The position numbers and the translations under genes are program-made. From assembly GCA_020184695.1 (NCBI GenBank), contig JAANOX010000191.1, positions 62,001 through 126,000 of the forward strand: DNA of 64,000 bases. The letters run 5' to 3'. Below the pieces are notes generated by a model that was not told the DNA's origin, ran no database searches, and saw nothing but the letters and a program-made list of their open reading frames with translations. How positions within the stretch are numbered: the stretch's first letter is position 1; every line of letters begins with the position of its first letter. This stretch comes from Histomonas meleagridis 2922-C6/04-290x (lineage: Eukaryota; Protista; Parabasalia). Below, piece by piece: positions 56,985-64,000 of the stretch.

Positions 56985-59813
56985 TTACTCTCTATTTCTC
57001 TCCTCTTCTAAATCTTCTTCTTTCTTATGTTTACTTTCGTCAGTTTCATCTTCTTCTTTTATTTTCTTTTCTTCGTCTGTTTCCTCCACTTCTTTTTCGT
57101 TACTTTCTATTTCATTTAGTTCTTCTTCATCGCCAATTTTCCCTACGTACAAATCTTCGTCGATATTTTCCCTATTATTACTTATTTCATTTTCATTTTC
57201 TTCTTCTTGGTCGTCGTCATCATCACTTACTTCATCCGGATCAACTCTTTCATAAAACAGAACATAAGCTTCAGCCTTTTGATCCTTTGCCTTTTCTTCG
57301 CTTGATTCGGACACGTGTGAATCATTAAAACTATACCATTTCCCATGTACGTGATGATCCAACACGTTTATTGCATGTGCAGTGTAATGACCACCTTCGA
57401 GACTTCCCATATGTTCAGATATTGCATATAATTTATATATCAAAGGCTTATCATCATTTTTCGGGCCTTTAACATATTGACTCATATCGATTTCCATTGG
57501 GTAATCGACATTTATATCGAGTTTCTTAGTGTCGTACATTCCATTTTGAACGAAACGTTTCAAATGTACAATTAAACATTTAGGTATAGACCATATATCT
57601 AATTGTTTATCTGCACATACATGTTTACGACAATGAGGACAAAACCATTCATTACCTTCGTCAAGTGTTTCATTCATTGTATAATATTCGAAACATTTCT
57701 CTAATGTTATAGTCATTTCACTTTCATCTTCTTCAACTTTTCCACTTGATTCTGGTTTAATATGTCTTAGAAGTGCTTCTAATGAAAATCCACTTTCGAC
57801 ATTTGTTGATTTTGAATCTAATGTTAACTTAACTATACGTGTAGATAAATAAGGATATTCTTTATCTGCTGTTAAACTTTTATCAGTATCATAATAATAA
57901 CTTGAAATCGTTGCATGAATTTTACGGCCATCTTCGAATTCTTCTGTAGGTAATTTAACATGTTCAATCATTTCTTTCATGATTTCATTAACTTCAACTT
58001 CTTCTTTAGATTTCTCATCCCAAATTGATGAAAGTCTTTCAGTTGCAGAGTCGGCTATTTCTTCTTCAGTTGCATCTTTAGAATTAACTGGTATTAATGT
58101 CGGGAAGATTAATTCTTTCTCTTTATCATATGTATAAGAAGTATATTGTGATTTCTCTTCGAAGTTCATCTTTAATGTGACTGGTACATAAAATTTGGTT
58201 TCATCCGGAATTTCCATTACATAATATTCCGGTTTACTATAATATGAATATCGTGAACTTGACGGCTCTAATTTCCATGTGATTTTACTTGAATATGATT
58301 CTTTCATACCTGCAACGACTTTAACTTCTCGATTAATTTGTTCTGAGACTGCTTTCGAGATATTTTCAAATGTTAATGGCGTTCGAATTATTATTGATAA
58401 TTCTCGACGTGGTTCTTTAAAGTCATAAGGAATAAATGTTACGTCCATTGTTAATGGCTTAGGTTTTGCCATAGGTAATGATAATGAAAAATATGGCTCG
58501 AATATAACAGTAGTAATATTACAATTGGGACAATATAATCTTGAACGTAATTGCCCATAAAATGTATCAATGATCATTGAGTCACAACGTTTCTTAAAGT
58601 TCTCCCAACTAAGTTTGCTAACTTCTTCATCATTAGTTCCATCGCCAACAACATTCTCTGTGGATTCCTTAACACGACGTCGATTTAAATCTTCACTTAA
58701 GCCATCTAACATAAACGTAATTAACTCATGTGAATCTTGTTGTCCCCAACCACTAAATCGTTCAGTAAATTCACCAATCGTCCGCTTGAGTTCAATAGGA
58801 CTAATGACTGACTTCTTGCCACTCCATATCTCTTTAAATAATGAGATAAAGGCTTCGGCTAATTTGCCTTTCATACCAATCGGATTGGTACGGTTTAAAT
58901 CTTGCTCCCAATCACTATGTAAAAACAACTTCTTAAGTGGATTTGTATGAACTAAACATTGGATACCGGAATTAAAGAAACATGTATTTGTGAGATTTTG
59001 TAATCCAACTAAACCTGGCGCTTTAGCTGGACCATATTGCGTGGTTGAATAGTAGGAGTATGAGTATGCTCCATATGATGGAGAACTATATGTTGGTGTA
59101 TAATAATAATTATTACTATATATGGTGGGAGATGAATAAGTAATGGGTTCACTTTCTTTGAAGTTGGAGACCCATTCGCCGTCTTCACCTTTGACATCAA
59201 GATAAATATTTTGATCAGGATATATTCGATAATTTCGCATCATCTTTTTGTCTTTCATGACTTTGGAAAAATACTTGTTGTTGTAGTCAATAATACGACA
59301 TTCGGTATCTTGCGGTAAATTAAATAAGGAAAGTACTTTTTTCTTGAAATCGCCACAATTCTCAAATTTGTTGGTAATGATTTCTTTCTCTTCTTCTTTG
59401 TAATTGACTTTAACCTTCAGAGGTATAAGTGGCCTAGGTTTACCTTCAACTTCAATCATGTTAATTTCAAGTTCAGGTCCCCCTCCATTCCATTTTAACA
59501 GCTTATTCCATGCTTGTTCAGAGATTACGTAATAATCACTATTTAATATCTTGTTTTCAAAATCAATGTTTCCATCTGAATCAGTAAGATCAGAATTATT
59601 AATGGGACATTCCTTATTTTCATTATTTCCAATAATTTCTCGAACATCGGAAACCCACGCTTCAGAAAGAAGATATGCTTTCTCGTTTAACTTTGGTTTC
59701 ATGATTTTTTGGATTATTTTAAGTTGAACATTCAAAGGTGGTACAACACCTTCTTCCTCTTTATACTCTTCTGAATCGTATTCACTAGAGGAATCATCGC
59801 TATAGCTGTTCAT
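56985..59813 (-). CDS. Ubiquitin C-terminal hydrolase, USP4/11/15-like (DUSP + UBL + C19)
   Basis: DUSP (YLLSEAW...AWNKLLKWNGG), GLQNLTNTCFFNS Cys box, QQDSHEL, CPNC/CPHC, HMGSLEGGHYTA, WYSFNDS. Confidence 0.93.
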   Translation of the reverse strand: MNSYSDDSSSEYDSEEYKEEEGVVPPLNVQLKIIQKIMKPKLNEKAYLLSEAWVSDVREIIGNNENKECPINNSDLTDSDGNIDFENKILNSDYYVISEQAWNKLLKWNGGGPELEINMIEVEGKPRPLIPLKVKVNYKEEEKEIITNKFENCGDFKKKVLSLFNLPQDTECRIIDYNNKYFSKVMKDKKMMRNYRIYPDQNIYLDVKGEDGEWVSNFKESEPITYSSPTIYSNNYYYTPTYSSPSYGAYSYSYYSTTQYGPAKAPGLVGLQNLTNTCFFNSGIQCLVHTNPLKKLFLHSDWEQDLNRTNPIGMKGKLAEAFISLFKEIWSGKKSVISPIELKRTIGEFTERFSGWGQQDSHELITFMLDGLSEDLNRRRVKESTENVVGDGTNDEEVSKLSWENFKKRCDSMIIDTFYGQLRSRLYCPNCNITTVIFEPYFSLSLPMAKPKPLTMDVTFIPYDFKEPRRELSIIIRTPLTFENISKAVSEQINREVKVVAGMKESYSSKITWKLEPSSSRYSYYSKPEYYVMEIPDETKFYVPVTLKMNFEEKSQYTSYTYDKEKELIFPTLIPVNSKDATEEEIADSATERLSSIWDEKSKEEVEVNEIMKEMIEHVKLPTEEFEDGRKIHATISSYYYDTDKSLTADKEYPYLSTRIVKLTLDSKSTNVESGFSLEALLRHIKPESSGKVEEDESEMTITLEKCFEYYTMNETLDEGNEWFCPHCRKHVCADKQLDIWSIPKCLIVHLKRFVQNGMYDTKKLDINVDYPMEIDMSQYVKGPKNDDKPLIYKLYAISEHMGSLEGGHYTAHAINVLDHHVHGKWYSFNDSHVSESSEEKAKDQKAEAYVLFYERVDPDEVSDDDDDQEEENENEISNNRENIDEDLYVGKIGDEEELNEIESNEKEVEETDEEKKIKEEDETDESKHKKEEDLEEERNRE

Positions 59814-60938
59814 TTCGTAAATGGAATGAATAAAATGTGCAGCTAACCGTTTAGCAGCCCGACAAAAATTCGGACCAAAGAATCAATTGAAAAATTGTTG
59901 CATAAGATATCGTTAAGCAATTGATATAAATGATTTCTAGGGTGAGTGTTATGTTTAATGAAGAAAAAAATTGTCAGTTATTTAATAGAGAAATAAAAAT
60001 AATTGTTTTGAATTGTAATTCCATTAAACATATGTAAATATAACATATATCATCAAAAACATATATAAAGAATTTAAATTGATGGTGAAAAATCTGATTA
60101 TAATTATTTTAAATTAATGCAAAAAATTAAAATGAGATTGGGTTCAAACCGTTCAATTATTTGCTTCACAAAAAAATTGAGGTGTGCTCCAAAAACGTTA
60201 AGAATCCCAGAAATGATTGAGTGAGTGAACTATTCAAATAACTTAATGCTGACACAAGAGGAACTTGGAAAAATAATCAGCAAATGCACTAAATGTGTAA
60301 TCACAAGTGGCCACTTTTTCCTGATAGCATTCTAATACATGTTTGGTCGTTGCAATTATTGGAATTAATTACGATTTTATCTATAAATCAATTTCATCGA
60401 TATAACATTATAATGAAAAATAAAATATAACCATTCTAATTAATTATTACTAATACATATATAAGTACAATCGGCTAAGCATAAATATATATCGATTCTC
60501 ACAAAATATTTTCATTTTTTTGATAAAATTTTGAATACTATCGTTCAGGACGATCTAATAATTCTGAATGCAGATTGTCACTTTTGAATTATATGATTGT
60601 TGATATTTAGCGACTCTTTTAAATGATATTTAATCGTTAGCCGCCGTACGATAGTGAAAGTGAATCAACGGTTACTAGATATTCTGACATGGTCCATTTT
60701 TTGATATGAATATGATCGTTATAAATATTTTGTCTTCGTCCACTTTTTAAGTGTCTTTTAATAATATATTATTTTGCCACATTCACTTTTTGAGTAGCAA
60801 CTATCGTCAAACTCCACTGAACATATCGACAAATATTCATCAACAATAAATTAGATAAATTTTGGCAAAATAATAGGTTTAAAATTTCTGACACCTGACC
60901 ATCAAAAAATGCCGTTTTAAGTGTTTAGTTCATTTATC

Positions 60939-62642
60939 ATGAGTTTAACAAACTATCCAGACGAAGACATTACAAACAACCATAATCTTTCAACTGGAAT
61001 AAGGACATATGAAGCAAGAGATGACAACCCATCATTTTCTTATGATTCAATGCAAAAGAAAATTGATTCACTTGAAGAAATTAAACAGGAAACACTGGCG
61101 AAACTTCAACTAGATGAATGCATTGAAGCAATAACAATAGAACCTGACGAAATTTGTAACCAATTAATTCAAGAACTTGAGATGAAATTTTCAGCAGAAT
61201 TCCGAACCACAGAAGCTTACGAACAAATTAAAGAAAAAATTATGAGTGAGGTAACAGCCAAATGTGAGGAATTTACAGATATTATAAAGGAAATAAAATT
61301 TAAGCAACTTCAATATTACAAAGGAAAAATTATTACTGTTATCAATGAATATGAACCTAAGGTTATTGAAAAACTTGGTAAAAGCAAACAAATTAATATA
61401 TCTGAAATCCTTAATTTAGATGAATATAAGAAATTAGAAAAATTATGTTCCAAACTTATTGATAATGTTAACCTAAGTAGTTCAGTTTACTCAGATATAA
61501 AACCCAAAATCAATGATTTTAAAACAAAACAATTTCAAAAATTATCAGAAAATATAGAAAATTCTGCTCAAATAGTTCAAGAGAAAAACATTAAAAACAT
61601 TCGAAATGATTTAAAATCTAAAGCAGAAGAAATCATTAAATCAGAAATAACAGATCTTGAAACTAATATTATGAATGAATCAATTTCACAAATATATGAA
61701 TACACTATAAGAGAAGTAAGTAAACTTATTATAGAAACGTGTAAGCAAAAGCTTTGGCAGCAAATACATGAACAAGACACTTATAGTTCTGTTTTAAATC
61801 AATTTGAAAATGAAATTTTCTCCGAAGTTATAAATAAATATTATGATAATATCAGAAGCACATTATATAAAGTAAAAAGCATTGCAATTAATAATATTAT
61901 TAATTTACTTCAAAACAAAATTAACAATGATATCCAGGAAATAGAAAAAGATATTTACAACAATGATAATGTTCGAAGTTTTAATGAAATTTATCAAATT
62001 GTTTCAAATAAAGCAAAAACAATTCGTGATGAATGCATCTCAATAATAAGCAGTAAAATCGAAGAAAATAATGAAAGTTTAAGCGTTCAAATCATTGCAA
62101 AATATCAAGAAATCACTGCTTTAAAGGATTTCATTCGATTGACATTAGCTGCATCAAAAGAAGATACTAATTCACAAAGGAAAATTTTGGTAAAAATTAT
62201 TGACGCTTTAATTGAAAAAGAAGTTGAACAACAAAAATCAAAAGTTACAAATAATCCTAAATTAGCAGATGATGTATTTCATCAAATTAAGCAAAAATGT
62301 GAAAACAGAATTAATTTTATAGATTTCACAGACAAATCCCTTAAAAGTGAAATTAATAATTATCTTAATGATAATTTAAATACTAAAAAAACAAATTTAA
62401 AAGATGAAGCTACGAAATATATTGATAAAGAAGTTTCATATTTTAAAAAAATTATAGATAAATATATACAAAGTAATCCAAGCCATTCCTTTTATAATAT
62501 AATACCAAACATTTTTTCAATGAGAAATGATGAATTGAAAAATTTAATTAGAACAGAACTCAAAAATCAAAATTACTGTGAAAATGAAACAGTCAAAAAA
62601 CATGTTGACGAATATCTTATGAATGAGTTAAAGAAAAGATAA
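60939..62642 (+). CDS. Uncharacterised helical/coiled-coil repeat protein
   Basis: Long K/E/I/N-rich amphipathic ORF; first ATG at 60939. Confidence 0.6.
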   Translation: MSLTNYPDEDITNNHNLSTGIRTYEARDDNPSFSYDSMQKKIDSLEEIKQETLAKLQLDECIEAITIEPDEICNQLIQELEMKFSAEFRTTEAYEQIKEKIMSEVTAKCEEFTDIIKEIKFKQLQYYKGKIITVINEYEPKVIEKLGKSKQINISEILNLDEYKKLEKLCSKLIDNVNLSSSVYSDIKPKINDFKTKQFQKLSENIENSAQIVQEKNIKNIRNDLKSKAEEIIKSEITDLETNIMNESISQIYEYTIREVSKLIIETCKQKLWQQIHEQDTYSSVLNQFENEIFSEVINKYYDNIRSTLYKVKSIAINNIINLLQNKINNDIQEIEKDIYNNDNVRSFNEIYQIVSNKAKTIRDECISIISSKIEENNESLSVQIIAKYQEITALKDFIRLTLAASKEDTNSQRKILVKIIDALIEKEVEQQKSKVTNNPKLADDVFHQIKQKCENRINFIDFTDKSLKSEINNYLNDNLNTKKTNLKDEATKYIDKEVSYFKKIIDKYIQSNPSHSFYNIIPNIFSMRNDELKNLIRTELKNQNYCENETVKKHVDEYLMNELKKR

Positions 62643-62955
62643 ATTATTGTAATTATAGTTTTACAAATGTATATATATATATATTTCGACTTTAATGAAC
62701 TTCAATGCCCACGAGTATAAATTTGGTGAATAAAAAGTTAAATTTTCATGTATTTGAATGAATTGGATTTAGCTTCGGAAAAAGATACATTTGAAAATTT
62801 TATGAGGTTTCATTCGTAAAAAAGAAAAAGAAATAATAATTAAAAAGAATAGATTCTAAAGAAGTAAATCAAATAATGTACAGTAAAAATCAAAATGAAA
62901 TTTATGTTGTCTCGAAGTTTTATGGAATAAAATTTTTTTTATTAAAAATTGTAAA

Positions 62956-63354
62956 ATGGTTCAACAAACAATCCCTTACATCATACTTGCATTTGTTCTT
63001 GTTGTTGGTCTTTTAATGTGTATTGCTGGTTGTGCAATTGATAAATGCTGGTACCCGTTTTTTTCTATAATTCCTGGTGCCATAGCAATATTTCTTGGCT
63101 ATGGATTTTATGTTAAAAGCATGGATGAAAACAATTTAACATGGATTACACTTGATGGGATTTTATTTATGATTGTTATATCAATTGTTTCATTACTTGC
63201 ACTTCCACTTGTATTGTTTCATGTTGATACGATTCGAACTTTATCTCTATGTTTGAATCTAGGAGGTCTTTTAGTTCTTATTATTGGAACAGGTGTTTTT
63301 CTTGGTCTTGCTATTCGTGATGATTTTGGTTCACCTATCTTTTGTGGAAAATAA
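62956..63354 (+). CDS. VPS55: Vps55/LEPROT-family four-TM endosomal protein
   Basis: GLLMCIAGCAIDKCWYPFF and LALPLVLFH match the Vps55 pattern; 132 aa. Confidence 0.75.
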   Translation: MVQQTIPYIILAFVLVVGLLMCIAGCAIDKCWYPFFSIIPGAIAIFLGYGFYVKSMDENNLTWITLDGILFMIVISIVSLLALPLVLFHVDTIRTLSLCLNLGGLLVLIIGTGVFLGLAIRDDFGSPIFCGK

Positions 63355-63599
63355 GATTAAATCCAAAACTTTGAAATGCACTGTAAACATTCATAAAAAT
63401 TAATCTCTTTCATTAAGCATTTAGTTAAACATATACTTTTTGATAAAATATTAAATGGTTAACCCAATTTTTAAAATTTTAGAAAATGTTGATCATTTCT
63501 CCAGCGGTTGAATTTCGGTTAAAACTTTTTAATAACAATTTCAATACACTGTTTGGAAGTAATTGAATACTCGTGCAATAATTTTATCGTCATCCGGAA

Positions 63600-64000
63600 A
63601 TGCTTCTTCACGTTAAAGTCATCGAAGCAACAAACCTTCCAAAAATGAGTCTGTTTTCTAAAATACGGCCACGCGTTTCTTTATTTTTGGTTGGCGCAAT
63701 TAAAGTTAAAAAAACGAAAGCAAACATGAATTCAGATCATCCTGTTTGGAATAAGAAATTCCATTTTGAAGTCACTAGACCAACACAAGCTCTCCATTTA
63801 AAACTTTTTGGCGAAACTAAAATTGGTAATGAACTTAAAGATATAGCAAAATATGAAATTTCTATATCAACACTTCCTATAGATGTTGTAGTTGATAAAT
63901 GGTTTCAAATGAACCCAACGGTTTCATGTAAATCAGTTCCAAATCTTCATTTACAATTACATTATGCACACCCTTATATTCAACCATTTTCTAACGCAAC
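63600..64000 (+). CDS. C2-domain protein (runs off right edge)
   Basis: Hand translation MLLHVKVIEATNLPKM...HPVWNKKFHFEV...VVDKWFQMNP...LHLQLHY; the usual Ca2+-ligand Asp positions are not conserved. Not in the ORF track. Confidence 0.85.
   Translation, partial: MLLHVKVIEATNLPKMSLFSKIRPRVSLFLVGAIKVKKTKANMNSDHPVWNKKFHFEVTRPTQALHLKLFGETKIGNELKDIAKYEISISTLPIDVVVDKWFQMNPTVSCKSVPNLHLQLHYAHPYIQPFSNA

Noticed and set aside
11549-60938. TTG/GTG starts in the ORF track (11549, 15048, 21489, 35246, 36639, 38605, 60921)
   Set aside because: Eukaryotic locus; each has an in-frame ATG shortly downstream, which for the recognised families fits the expected N-terminus.
3091-61780. Numerous 60-220-aa ORFs antisense to or nested in long genes (e.g. 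6594-7004, 21701-22135, 47262-47927, 58570-58950)
   Set aside because: Typical shadow ORFs of real coding strands; no independent motifs.

Overview
Very AT-rich, gene-dense, essentially intron-free eukaryotic DNA in the standard genetic code. The gene repertoire (BspA/TpLRR proteins, DUF3447-type ankyrin genes, F5/8-type-C protein, FYR-domain CHD, NEK, mariner, TCA(C/T)T Inr elements) points to a parabasalid such as Tritrichomonas/Trichomonas (inference). About 25 protein-coding genes are recognisable: PA200/Blm10-like (off the left edge, absent from the ORF track), CHD remodeller, telobox Myb, SEN34, importin-beta-like, a bacterial-type GH129-like glycosidase with a membrane anchor, NEK, NUS1, NPHP4, RRP9, SHIPPO-repeat protein, CK2-alpha, L-type lectin, GOST 7TM, DOCK, three BspA, USP4/15-like, Vps55, and a C2 protein off the right edge. 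Four transposon-derived elements are also present. The most striking unexplained structure is a minus-strand ankyrin locus (27377->24467). A long first ORF is followed by eight stop-free single-ankyrin-repeat cassettes and a terminal capping ORF, separated by nine spacers of exactly 20n+23 nt that have no shared GT-AG splice solution. The same cassette/spacer design recurs in degenerate form at three other places in the window. All coordinates, counts and family assignments were made by eye; no searches were run.
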